Shown: positions 39,894 to 49,205, counted from the first letter of the stretch. The stretch is 64,000 nucleotides of DNA from Candidatus Pacebacteria bacterium CG_4_10_14_3_um_filter_34_15 (GCA_002783105.1 PFJN01000016.1:15034-79033), one strand, 5' to 3'. Made by a program: numbers and translations. The notes: generated by a model from the letters alone, not told the origin.

Positions 39894-40334
39894 ATGTCAT
39901 TACTTACAAACTTACTTAAAATTACAGAAACATCAAAAAAACGCGTCGGTCACGGTTATGGTTCTGGAAAAGGTGGTCACACATCTACTAGAGGTCAAAA
40001 AGGTCAAAAATCTAGAGGTGGTTCCAAGATTCCTGTATGGTTTGAAGGTGGTCAACTACCTTTAATCAAACGTTTGCCTATGTTAAGAGGTAAGGGTAGA
40101 TTAACAGTTGTCAGACCATCTGCAGAGATAAACTTAACTCAAATTCAAAGAATGAAAACTGATGTTATTACACTTGATGCTTTAAAGCTTGAAAAATTAA
40201 TTGATATTAAATTTAAAAAAGCAAAGATTATTGCAAGTGGTGAAATAACTAGAAAAGTAACCATAAAAGGTTTGAAAATTTCGGAAACTGCAAAAAAAGC
40301 TGTCGAGAAAGCTGGTGGAATCATCGAAGATTAA
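39894..40334 (+). CDS. rplO: 50S ribosomal protein L15
   Basis: An ATG at 39894 gives MSLLTNLLKITETSKKRVGHGYGSGKGGHTSTRGQKGQKSRGG. It lies immediately after rpsE with no L30 gene between. Confidence 0.9.
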   Translation: MSLLTNLLKITETSKKRVGHGYGSGKGGHTSTRGQKGQKSRGGSKIPVWFEGGQLPLIKRLPMLRGKGRLTVVRPSAEINLTQIQRMKTDVITLDALKLEKLIDIKFKKAKIIASGEITRKVTIKGLKISETAKKAVEKAGGIIED

Positions 40335-40386
40335 GATAGCGAGTATTGAACAAACAGCAGGAAAGTTATACCCTAATCAGGTGCTT

Positions 40387-41667
40387 ATGAAGAAATTAAC
40401 TGATTTTTTAAAAAAGATTAATTCTACACCGGAGTTAAAAAAGAAACTCTTGTTTACGGCAGCTATACTTTTAGCATTTAGATTTTTCGCACACATTCCA
40501 CTTCCTTCTGTAGATTTACAACAACTAAGACAATTATTTGCTTCAAATCAATTTTTAAGTTTACTAAATGTTTTTTCAGGCGGGACACTTTCAAACTTTT
40601 CAGTTTTAGCGGTTGGAATTAACCCATACATTACTGCTTCGATTGTAATGCAACTTGGTGGAATGGTAGTTCCAAAAATTAAAGAAATGCAGAAAGACGG
40701 TGAAGCTGGTCGAGAAAAATTGAATCAATATACTAGATATTTATCAGTTCCATTAGCAGTTGGTCAGAGCATTTCTGTCTTAGCGCTTTTACGTTCTCAA
40801 AACTTGCTGGAGTCAACTTCTCCACTAGCATTTATTGCGATGATTTTGTCATTAGTAGCTGGTTCTTTAATTGTTACTTGGTTGGGGGAATTAGTTTCCC
40901 TTCACGGTATCGGTAATGGAATTTCCATGATTCTATTTGCAGGTATAGTAAGTCAACTTCCCAGCTCGTTTTCTCAGGTTTTGTTATCTGGCACAAATAG
41001 GCTTTTTGTTGGAGTTTCTTTCTTTACCGTCTTTTTTATGATTATCGGTTTGATTGTATTTATGAATGAAGCAGTTAGAAAGATCACAATTCAATATGCT
41101 ACTAGAACTAGAGGAAAGAAATCATACGGTGGCCAGACAACTCATTTACCTATTAAAGTAAACGTTGCTGGAGTGATGCCGATTATTTTTGCAGTTTCTA
41201 TAATGTTGGTTCCATCATTTGTAGCAAAATTAATGATTGCTTCCAGTAATCCCAAGATTATTGAAATCGGAAATATGCTTACAATTAATTTTCAACAGAC
41301 TTCTCCAGTCTATATGATTCTTTATTTTATCATTGTCTTTTTCTTTACTTTCTTTTCATCGATGATCTTTTTCAATGCAGAAGATATTTCAGATGAATTG
41401 AAAAAAAGCGGCGCATTTGTTCCAGGTATTAGGCCAGGAACTAACACTAAAAAGTTTTTGGAATATGTAGTTTCAAGAATTACCATTGCAGGCGCATTCT
41501 TTTTAGGTTTTATTGCAATTATGCCTTCATTAGCTCAAATTTTTACAGGTATAGGGCAACTATCAGTAAGTGGAACTAGCATCTTAATTGTTGTCTCAGT
41601 AGTATTAGAAACCTACAAACAAGTCGATAGTATGCTAGTTGAGCAAAACTACGATCGATTTATTTAG
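40387..41667 (+). CDS. secY: preprotein translocase subunit SecY
   Basis: The translation begins MKKLTDFLKK..LLFTAAILLAFRFFAHIPLP, and about 10 TM helices are predicted. The track's 40315 start would overlap rplO. Confidence 0.9.
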   Translation: MKKLTDFLKKINSTPELKKKLLFTAAILLAFRFFAHIPLPSVDLQQLRQLFASNQFLSLLNVFSGGTLSNFSVLAVGINPYITASIVMQLGGMVVPKIKEMQKDGEAGREKLNQYTRYLSVPLAVGQSISVLALLRSQNLLESTSPLAFIAMILSLVAGSLIVTWLGELVSLHGIGNGISMILFAGIVSQLPSSFSQVLLSGTNRLFVGVSFFTVFFMIIGLIVFMNEAVRKITIQYATRTRGKKSYGGQTTHLPIKVNVAGVMPIIFAVSIMLVPSFVAKLMIASSNPKIIEIGNMLTINFQQTSPVYMILYFIIVFFFTFFSSMIFFNAEDISDELKKSGAFVPGIRPGTNTKKFLEYVVSRITIAGAFFLGFIAIMPSLAQIFTGIGQLSVSGTSILIVVSVVLETYKQVDSMLVEQNYDRFI

Positions 41668-41697
41668 TAATAATAAATTTAAACCGAAAGGGAAAAA

Positions 41698-42234
41698 ATG
41701 AAATTAGTATTAATTGGCATTCAAGGAGCAGGGAAATCAACCCAAGGTAATTTCTTAGCAGATAAATATAAAATTCCTTATTTATCTTCAGGACATATTT
41801 TTAGAGATATGGCTAGAGAAAAAACACAGATTGGTAGATGGCTTAAAGAAACAATTAATTCAGGAGCACTAGTTCCAGACGACAAAACATTAGAAATTAT
41901 TTTGACATACTTAGAAAAACCAGAATATGCCAATGGTTATATTTTAGATGGTTTTCCCAGAACTGTGGTTCAAGCTGATGCCTTTAATGGCGGTGTTGAT
42001 AAAGTTATTTTTCTAGAAGTTTCTGATAAAGAGGCCCTTTGGAGACTTGCTGGTAGATCTAGTGATCGAGGCGATGAAACTATTCATGCTATCAAAAAAA
42101 GAATTGATCTTTTCCATAATTTTACAGAACCAGTCATCCAATTTTATAAAAAAGAAGGCAAATTAATTGTTGTAGATGGCGAAAAGAATATTGATGAAGT
42201 TTTTAAGGATATCTGCAAGGAATTAGATAAATAG
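41698..42234 (+). CDS. adk: adenylate kinase (short form)
   Basis: It has a P-loop, GIQGAGKSTQG, and is 178 aa. Confidence 0.88.
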   Translation: MKLVLIGIQGAGKSTQGNFLADKYKIPYLSSGHIFRDMAREKTQIGRWLKETINSGALVPDDKTLEIILTYLEKPEYANGYILDGFPRTVVQADAFNGGVDKVIFLEVSDKEALWRLAGRSSDRGDETIHAIKKRIDLFHNFTEPVIQFYKKEGKLIVVDGEKNIDEVFKDICKELDK

Positions 42235-42978
42235 ATGAGCAAAACTCTAGAATATAAGATTAAGTCAATGCGTGAAGGAGGAAAAGCTCTTGGAGTTATT
42301 AAAAGGCATTTGGCCGAATTTTCCAAACCCGGTGTCTCATTCGAGCAAATTGAGACTCAAGCACAAAAGTTGATTAAAGAAGCTGGTATGTTGCCAAGTT
42401 TTTCTACTGTTCCAGGTTATAGATGGGCAACATGTATTATGAAAAATGATAGCGTATGTCATGGAATTCCTCAAAATAATGTGATTAAAGACGGAGATGT
42501 TATTACTATAGATATTGGTCTAATTAATAATAATTTTCATTTAGATACCACAATTACTTTTGCAGTTGGAGAAGTTAGCTCAGAAATAAGAGAGTTCCTT
42601 AATACTGGTAAAAAATCATTAGAGAAAGCTATTCAAAGCGCAAAAATTGGCAATTCAGTATATGACATTAGTCGAGCAATGGAAAAACCACTCAAGAGAA
42701 AAGGGTATGGAGTAGTTTTTCAGCTAACTGGTCATGGTGTCGGAGAAGAGCTTCATATGGAGCCATCAATACCTTGTGTACCAGATAAAACTGACAGAAA
42801 TGTCAAGCTTTACGAAGGCCAAACTCTAGCTATTGAAAACATGTATACTATGGGAAATGCAACTTTGAAAGAGTCTTCAGACGGTTGGACTTACAAAACT
42901 ATTGATGGCTCAACTTCGGGCATGTTTGAGGAGACTGTCCTAATTACTAAAAAAGGTCCTGAAATACTGACGAATTAG
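42235..42978 (+). CDS. map: methionine aminopeptidase type I
   Basis: It is 247 aa with pita-bread fold metal ligands (D..D..H..E..E pattern). Confidence 0.88.
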   Translation: MSKTLEYKIKSMREGGKALGVIKRHLAEFSKPGVSFEQIETQAQKLIKEAGMLPSFSTVPGYRWATCIMKNDSVCHGIPQNNVIKDGDVITIDIGLINNNFHLDTTITFAVGEVSSEIREFLNTGKKSLEKAIQSAKIGNSVYDISRAMEKPLKRKGYGVVFQLTGHGVGEELHMEPSIPCVPDKTDRNVKLYEGQTLAIENMYTMGNATLKESSDGWTYKTIDGSTSGMFEETVLITKKGPEILTN

Positions 42979-43123
42979 CGCTTCCATCTGGTACAAGATG
43001 AAGAAGCTGAATTGCGAAGCAGGAGAGGCCAACTTGGGTTGTGACCATAGCCAGAGAAGATACCCTGGGGTATAATACTAACTTCTGACTCCATTTTAAT
43101 TAATTGTTGTCAGATAGGTATAT

Positions 43124-43447
43124 ATGGGTAAAGTTCAAGATCATAAAAGATCTGCTAAATCAAAAAAGCAAGTAGACACCACTGCTAAGAAGTCCGATCG
43201 CAACGATCGTTTCGAAGTCGAAGGTGTGGTTGAGAATTGCCTGCCAAATACCATGTTTAGAGTATTGGTAACTGATTCAGAAGTTAAACCCATGATAAAC
43301 AAAATTCTCTTGGGAACATTGGTCGGCAAGATGAGATTATATAGAATTAGAGTTATGCCAGGCGATTTAATCAGGGGATATGTATCTAAATATGACCTCA
43401 ATAAGTGTAAAATCACCTATAGATCAACCAAACAAGCTACGCAGTAA
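43124..43447 (+). CDS. infA: translation initiation factor IF-1 with ~30-aa basic N-terminal extension
   Basis: An S1-like core (RFEVEGVVENCLPNTMFRVLV..) sits at its expected position after map. Confidence 0.88.
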   Translation: MGKVQDHKRSAKSKKQVDTTAKKSDRNDRFEVEGVVENCLPNTMFRVLVTDSEVKPMINKILLGTLVGKMRLYRIRVMPGDLIRGYVSKYDLNKCKITYRSTKQATQ

Positions 43448-43537
43448 AACTAATTCTTTTCAATTTTGATAAATTGATGTATAGTTCAAGCCTGTTGAAA
43501 AATTAGAAGACATAAATAAACCCTGAAAGGGCCTAAA

Positions 43538-43651
43538 GTGAAAGTAAAAGTATCTTTAAAAACAATTTGCATTCATTGCAAGCTTGTTAAGCGTAAAGGA
43601 GTTCTGAGACGTATTTGTACAGAACCAAAACATAAAGGAAAACAAGGATAA
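43538..43651 (+). CDS. rpmJ: 50S ribosomal protein L36
   Basis: A GTG start gives [37 protein letters not shown], 37 aa, with the C-x2-C-x12-C-x4-H zinc ribbon. It is not in the ORF track because it is under 60 aa. Confidence 0.85.
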   Translation: MKVKVSLKTICIHCKLVKRKGVLRRICTEPKHKGKQG

Positions 43652-43657
43652 GAATAT

Positions 43658-44068
43658 ATGCCTCGTATTATTGGTGTTGATATACCAGAAAACAAAAAAA
43701 TCCTTTTCTCACTTCAATTTATTTATGGAGTAGGAGGAACCGTAGCAGAAACAGTATTAAGAGAAGCTCAGGTTGATCCAGATAAAAGAGCAAAAGACTT
43801 AACTAATGAAGAAGTAAACAGAATTCAAAGAATATTTGACAGATACGAACTTGAAGGTGATCTAAGAAGACACGTAAGCGATAATATTGACCGTTTGAAG
43901 CGCATTAGAAGCTATAGAGGAATGCGTCATATTATGAAGCTTCCAGCTAGAGGTCAAAGAACAAGAACAAACTCTAGAAATGCTAGAGGTGGTTCAAAGA
44001 GAAAAACAGTTGGTGCTATGTCTAAAGAAATGGCAACAAAATTAGAAACAGCAAAAAAAGGTAAATAA
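43658..44068 (+). CDS. rpsM: 30S ribosomal protein S13
   Basis: The translation begins MPRIIGVDIPENKKI.. and is 136 aa. Confidence 0.93.
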   Translation: MPRIIGVDIPENKKILFSLQFIYGVGGTVAETVLREAQVDPDKRAKDLTNEEVNRIQRIFDRYELEGDLRRHVSDNIDRLKRIRSYRGMRHIMKLPARGQRTRTNSRNARGGSKRKTVGAMSKEMATKLETAKKGK

Positions 44069-44073
44069 TTATC

Positions 44074-44481
44074 ATGGCTCAAGAAAGAAAGAACACAACT
44101 ACAAGTAAGCAACTAAAAAAAGTAACCAAAGCTGTTCCTAAAGGCAGAATATATGTTACCGCTACATTTAACACTACAATGGTGAGTGTTACAGATGATG
44201 TAGGAAATGTTATCTGCTGGTCTACAGCAGGTGAAGCAGGTTTCTCAGGATCAAGAAAATCAACCCCATATGCGGCTACCATTACAGTTGAAAATGCTGT
44301 TAATAAGGCAAGAGCATTTGGAATGAATACAGTAGATGTATTCATTAAAGGACCAGGTCCTGGAAGAGACGTTACATTAAGAGTTTTGAGAGCTCAAGGT
44401 ATTAGAGTCAGTATGATTGCTGATATGACACCAGATCCTCATAACGGAACTAGACCAAGAAAAGCAAAACATAACAAGTAA
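44074..44481 (+). CDS. rpsK: 30S ribosomal protein S11
   Basis: It is 135 aa with the S11 pattern (..GRIYVTATFNTTMVSVTD..). Confidence 0.93.
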   Translation: MAQERKNTTTSKQLKKVTKAVPKGRIYVTATFNTTMVSVTDDVGNVICWSTAGEAGFSGSRKSTPYAATITVENAVNKARAFGMNTVDVFIKGPGPGRDVTLRVLRAQGIRVSMIADMTPDPHNGTRPRKAKHNK

Positions 44482-44508
44482 GAAAATACCCTAAGGGGCA
44501 CAAGTAAT

Positions 44509-45114
44509 ATGGCACGATACATTGGACCAAAAAATAAATTAGCAAGAAAAATTGGTGAAGACTTAGGTCTTAAGACCAACGCTCTTAAAGTTGCAAGACG
44601 TTTGACTTCTAAACCAGGTCAACACGGTGCAAAATCAAGAAGAAAAACTTCTGATTATGGAACTCAACTTAATGAGAAACAAAAAGTTAAGTATATTTAT
44701 GGTATTTTGGAAAGACAACTTAGAAAGCTTTATACCGAAGCTAGTAAGAATCCAACAGCAACTGGTGCCGCTCTTTTAAGTTTACTTGAAAGAAGATTAG
44801 ACAATGCTATTTATAGATTGGGCTGGACAGGCACTAGAGCCGCTGCAAGACAATTAGCATCTCACTCTCATATAAGAATAAATGGTAAAAAAATGGATGT
44901 TCCTTCTTACCAAGTAAAAGTAAATGACATTATTTCTTTAACTTCAAAGGGAATGAAAATACCTTTGATTTCAGAAGCAATAAAAGAAAATTCAAGTAAA
45001 GTCACATGGTTAGAACAAAAAGGTGCTGTAGCTAAGGTATCAAGATTGCCTGAGAGAACAGACGTCACAGAGTCAATAGAAGAACAACTAATTGTTGAGT
45101 ACTACAGTAGATAA
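44509..45114 (+). CDS. rpsD: 30S ribosomal protein S4
   Basis: The translation begins MARYIGPKNKLARKIGEDLGLK.. and is 201 aa. Confidence 0.93.
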   Translation: MARYIGPKNKLARKIGEDLGLKTNALKVARRLTSKPGQHGAKSRRKTSDYGTQLNEKQKVKYIYGILERQLRKLYTEASKNPTATGAALLSLLERRLDNAIYRLGWTGTRAAARQLASHSHIRINGKKMDVPSYQVKVNDIISLTSKGMKIPLISEAIKENSSKVTWLEQKGAVAKVSRLPERTDVTESIEEQLIVEYYSR

Positions 45115-45194
45115 AAAATATTATTAATTAAAATCTAGAAACAGATTCCCGAAAGAACAAAGTTCTCAGGGGAGAAGAAACAAAGGAGAAAAAT

Positions 45195-46130
45195 ATGAAC
45201 AACTTAATTACAGGAATGAATCCAACTTTTCAAGTAAAAGAGAAAGATTCTAGTGCTACATCAGCTACTATTATTATTGAACCATTAGAGAATGGTTTTG
45301 GTCATACAATTGGCAATGCTCTTAGAAGAGTACTTTTGTCTTCATTGCCAGGTACGGCTATTACTCAATTTAGAGTTGAAGGTGCAGATCATCAATTTTC
45401 AACCATTGATGGATTAAAAGAAGATGTCTTAGAAATGGCTTTAAATATCAAACAAATCAAAGTTTTTGCATCTACTCATGAAACTGGATTGCTAAAGCTT
45501 TCAGCAAAAGGTCCAAAAGAAGTAACTGCAGGGGATATTGAATGTGAAGCAGGATTTGAAATCATAAACAAAGACTTGCCAATTTGCACTATCGCAAAGG
45601 GCAAAAGTATTCAAATGGAAATGAGAGTAGAGTCAGGAATTGGCTACGTAGTTGCAGATGAAAAATCAGCAGATTCTATAGGCGACATCGTTCTTGACGC
45701 TTTATTTTCACCAGTTGTTAAAGTTTCATACAAAGTTGAACAAACTCGTGTTGGAAGAATTACTGATTTTGATAAATTAATAATGACCGTTCAAACTGAT
45801 GGTTCAATTTCCCCAATTGATGCCGTTAAGTTGTCAGCAGAAATTTTAACAAAACAATTTGGTCAAGTATTTAACCCAGTTGTACCAGAAGTAGTTGAAC
45901 CAGAAATTACTCTATCACCAGAAGAAGCAGAAATATTAAGATTAACGGTTGAAGAGTTAGATTTGCCAACTAGAATTGCCAACGCTCTTAGAAAAGGTGG
46001 TTTTAAAACAGTCGGAGATTTAACTGGCGCACCAAAAGAAGTAGTTTCTAAAGTCAAAAACTTAGGTGGAAAAAGTGTCGTATTGATCGATGCAGCATTA
46101 CAAAAAAAAGGCGTAAACTTGGGAGAGTAA
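45195..46130 (+). CDS. rpoA: DNA-directed RNA polymerase subunit alpha
   Basis: It is 311 aa with an N-terminal domain and a C-terminal domain (..LDLPTRIANALRKGGFKTVGDL..). Confidence 0.93.
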   Translation: MNNLITGMNPTFQVKEKDSSATSATIIIEPLENGFGHTIGNALRRVLLSSLPGTAITQFRVEGADHQFSTIDGLKEDVLEMALNIKQIKVFASTHETGLLKLSAKGPKEVTAGDIECEAGFEIINKDLPICTIAKGKSIQMEMRVESGIGYVVADEKSADSIGDIVLDALFSPVVKVSYKVEQTRVGRITDFDKLIMTVQTDGSISPIDAVKLSAEILTKQFGQVFNPVVPEVVEPEITLSPEEAEILRLTVEELDLPTRIANALRKGGFKTVGDLTGAPKEVVSKVKNLGGKSVVLIDAALQKKGVNLGE

Positions 46131-46134
46131 TACA

Positions 46135-46665
46135 ATGAGACATAGAGTAAAAATTAAGCATTTTAATAGAGACAGCAAAGCTAGAAAAGCATTGTTCAAA
46201 GGTTTGGTACGTTCTTTAGTTGAGCATGGGTCTATTGTTACTACTGAAAATAAAGCAAAAGAAATCAAAAGAATTGCTGATAAGATTATTTCAAAAGCAA
46301 AAGTTGATACACTTGCTACAAGAAGACTCTTACATAAGTTTTTTGGCAGAAGAGACGTTGTTAATTCTTTAGTAGATAGAATTGCTCCTGAATTTTCTGA
46401 TAAGAATTCCGGCTTTACAACTATTGAAGATGCTGGTTTAAGAAGAGGAGATAATACAAAATTATCAAAACTTTCTTTAACAAAAGTGCCATCAAGAATA
46501 GGTACTTTGAAAGCAGAGAAAAAACCAGCTGAAAAAGTGGCAAAAAAGCCAGTGGCAAAGAAAACCGTTGCAAAAAAAGCAGTAGCAAAAAAAACAGTGG
46601 CAAAAAAAGCTCCAACTAAGAAAGCTGTTGCAACAAAGAAAAAATCCAAGAAAGAAATAAAATAG
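46135..46665 (+). CDS. rplQ: 50S ribosomal protein L17 with C-terminal AKK-repeat (histone H1-like) tail
   Basis: The L17 core begins MRHRVKIKHFNRDSKARKALF.. and is followed by a KKPAEKVAKKPVAKKTVAKKAVAKKTVAKKAPTKKAVATKKK tail. Confidence 0.9.
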   Translation: MRHRVKIKHFNRDSKARKALFKGLVRSLVEHGSIVTTENKAKEIKRIADKIISKAKVDTLATRRLLHKFFGRRDVVNSLVDRIAPEFSDKNSGFTTIEDAGLRRGDNTKLSKLSLTKVPSRIGTLKAEKKPAEKVAKKPVAKKTVAKKAVAKKTVAKKAPTKKAVATKKKSKKEIK

Positions 46666-46668
46666 ATA

Positions 46669-47088
46669 ATGCAAAAAACTTACACACAAAAAACTAGCGA
46701 AATTAAAAGAGAATGGCACATTGTTGATGCTAAGGATAAAGTTTTAGGTCGCATTTGTACTGATATTGCAACCAAACTCATTGGTAAAGGCAAAAAAGAG
46801 TACACCCCTCATATCGATGCAGGTGATTATGTTGTTGTTATCAACGCTGCTGAAGTTGCAGTTACTGGAAACAAAGAAGAAGATAAAAAATACTATAGAC
46901 ACTCTGGCTACCCAGGTGGTTTCAAAGAAAGAAATTTAGTTAAAGTAAGAGCTCAATTTCCTGAAAGAATTATTGAAAACGCAGTCAAAAATATGTTACC
47001 AAAAAATAAACTACAAGATCTAAGAATGGCTCGCTTGAAGGTATACGCAGGTCCAGATCATAATCACGAAAGTCAATTAGGAGCATAA
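46669..47088 (+). CDS. rplM: 50S ribosomal protein L13
   Basis: It is 139 aa and contains ..WHIVDAKDKVLGRICTDIATKL... Confidence 0.92.
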   Translation: MQKTYTQKTSEIKREWHIVDAKDKVLGRICTDIATKLIGKGKKEYTPHIDAGDYVVVINAAEVAVTGNKEEDKKYYRHSGYPGGFKERNLVKVRAQFPERIIENAVKNMLPKNKLQDLRMARLKVYAGPDHNHESQLGA

Positions 47089-47094
47089 CCAGTT

Positions 47095-47610
47095 ATGGCA
47101 TTAAAATTAAATAAAAAGAAAAAAATCATCAAAAAAATTGTTAAAAAATCTAAACCAGTTAAAAAGCTTGTGAAGAGAATTGAGTCTGAAACTTCTTCAA
47201 ACTTAACAGTTCCAACCGGAAAATACTACGAAGCAGTTGGTAGAAGAAAAGTTGCAACCGCTAGAGTTAGGCTTTATGAGTCTGAAGGCGATTTTATCAT
47301 AAATGACAAGCTTGTAGGTAAGTATTTTGACACCATCAGTGATGCAAAATTAAGATATAACAATCCATTTGAATTAACTGGCACAAAAGGCAAGTTTTCA
47401 GTTATTGCTAAAGTTTCAGGATCTGGATCTTCTTCACAACTAGATGCAGTTGTTCATGGCATTGCTAGAGCATTAGTTAAATATGATGAATCATTCAGAT
47501 TATTGCTTAAACCAGCAGGACTAATTACTAGAGATGATAGAATGAAAGAAACTAGAAAAATTGGTATGGGTGGTAAAGCAAGAAGAAAGAGACAATCTCC
47601 AAAGCGTTAA
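47095..47610 (+). CDS. rpsI: 30S ribosomal protein S9 with lysine-rich N-terminal extension
   Basis: A roughly 40-aa K-rich leader is followed by the S9 core (..YYEAVGRRKVATARVRL.. ..GGKARRKRQSPKR). Confidence 0.9.
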   Translation: MALKLNKKKKIIKKIVKKSKPVKKLVKRIESETSSNLTVPTGKYYEAVGRRKVATARVRLYESEGDFIINDKLVGKYFDTISDAKLRYNNPFELTGTKGKFSVIAKVSGSGSSSQLDAVVHGIARALVKYDESFRLLLKPAGLITRDDRMKETRKIGMGGKARRKRQSPKR

Positions 47611-47615
47611 ACTTT

Positions 47616-48407
47616 TTAACTTCCAACTCCTGAATATTTTTTCAAAGCCCAGTTCCAAAATTTTAAACTTGCAATTAAACTTCCAACTCCTACAAGAATT
47701 GTTACAAAAATACTAAATGAGGGTTTGACACCTAATAAAACTTCGGTAGGAATTGTGATCATCATTCCAATGGGGATAATAAAGAAAAGCACAAACCGTA
47801 ATGGTTGCATGTACATTCCAATTGGAAATCTGCCCATTGAACTTAAGTCACGATAAATCCAAATAATTCCTTCAGTTTCAGTTGTAAGAATACCAATAGA
47901 TAAAATTAGGATATTTATGGCGGTAATGATTAATAAACCATTTGTTACGAGAATTAAATACCATACAAGTGATAACCAAGTTACAGAAATATCAAGATTA
48001 TTGAAAATATAAAAACTTACAGCTAATGAAGGAATCATAAAAATAGCATCATTTATATCAGGTTTACCGGTTAAGGCTCTAAACAAAGGATTGATAGGTT
48101 TAGTTAAATAAGCATCAAAAGATCCTAATCGAACTTCATTACTAAATACATACGTACCTCTATAAAAAATTTGACTAATTAAATCTATAAATTGATATGT
48201 GAGAAAAAAAACAATCATTTGAGCTGAAGTATATCCTGCAAAACTACTGACTGTATTTTTAATTAAAAACAAAAAAATTAATGAAAATGAAAAACGCAGT
48301 ACTTTGCCGATCATGAATAAAATGTTTGAGCCCCTATTTACAAGATTCTCTTGAATGGCGTTAAAGCCAAAAATTTTCCAAACATTAAAATATGTTTTTA
48401 GTCTCAT
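47616..48407 (-). CDS. ABC-2 family transporter permease (paralog 4 of 4)
   Basis: It is 263 aa with 6 predicted TM helices and the motif EVRLGSFDAYLTKPINPLF, shared in variant form by the other three permeases. Confidence 0.7.
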   Translation of the reverse strand: MRLKTYFNVWKIFGFNAIQENLVNRGSNILFMIGKVLRFSFSLIFLFLIKNTVSSFAGYTSAQMIVFFLTYQFIDLISQIFYRGTYVFSNEVRLGSFDAYLTKPINPLFRALTGKPDINDAIFMIPSLAVSFYIFNNLDISVTWLSLVWYLILVTNGLLIITAINILILSIGILTTETEGIIWIYRDLSSMGRFPIGMYMQPLRFVLFFIIPIGMMITIPTEVLLGVKPSFSIFVTILVGVGSLIASLKFWNWALKKYSGVGS

Positions 48408-48413
48408 ATTAAT

Positions 48414-49205
48414 TTAGATACCTACTGATTCATAAGATTTCAATCCCTTTTTCCAAATTTTATTTGTGATTGTTCCCAAAATAAATATCCAAAAAACTAG
48501 AATAACTGTATGTTTAAGAATGTCTTGGGAATTAAGTCGATTTAGAAATAATTGAATTTGAACAAAAGATAGGTATGGAAAAGGCGTAAGGTAAATTATT
48601 TTCTGGAGCATAATTGGTAAAATATCTAATGGAAAAAGTTTTCCAGCTGTAAAATCTAGAATCATGAAGAATAAAAACTTTGGTCCCCATACTTGAGGGC
48701 TCCAAAAACCCAAACTACCGAAAAGAAGTGTGATAATAAAATTTAAAATTAAACCTCCAAATGACCATATTAAAAATAACAAGAATAATTTCAAATCAGG
48801 AAATACAATAATTGGTTTGAAAATTAAAAATAAAAATAGAGATTCCAAAAACAAGAAAAGTAGATTCTTAATTTTGTCCGCAATTTCTTGAATTGCGAAT
48901 AGACCAAATAAATTAATTGGTTTCAATAAATAATTACTAATTTCTCCAGAGTATAGTCTACTTGCTAGGCCATTAAGAGAAGAAGCGATGATCATACTTT
49001 GCAAGAAGGCAACTAAGAATATATAAGTAATCATGCTCTCTTTAGAATAGCCAAAAGCACTGTTGTTTGAGGTAAAAATCACTGTCCACACAGTTAGAGA
49101 CATAAGGCTGGATAAGAATGACCTAAGACGCCATGTGAAGAGACTTAACCTATATACTAGACTGTTTTGCCAGGTTATTTTAAGGAGTGTTAAATATTTG
49201 GTCAT
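48414..49205 (-). CDS. ABC-2 family transporter permease (paralog 3 of 4)
   Basis: It is 263 aa, multi-TM, and carries SGEISNYLLKPINLF. Confidence 0.7.
   Translation of the reverse strand: MTKYLTLLKITWQNSLVYRLSLFTWRLRSFLSSLMSLTVWTVIFTSNNSAFGYSKESMITYIFLVAFLQSMIIASSLNGLASRLYSGEISNYLLKPINLFGLFAIQEIADKIKNLLFLFLESLFLFLIFKPIIVFPDLKLFLLFLIWSFGGLILNFIITLLFGSLGFWSPQVWGPKFLFFMILDFTAGKLFPLDILPIMLQKIIYLTPFPYLSFVQIQLFLNRLNSQDILKHTVILVFWIFILGTITNKIWKKGLKSYESVGI

Noticed and set aside
46098-46719. Minus-strand ORFs of 183, 64 and 75 aa overlapping rplQ
   Set aside because: They are produced by the reverse complement of the AKK-coding tandem repeats (poly-F/C/L translations). The sense-strand L17 is clearly real.
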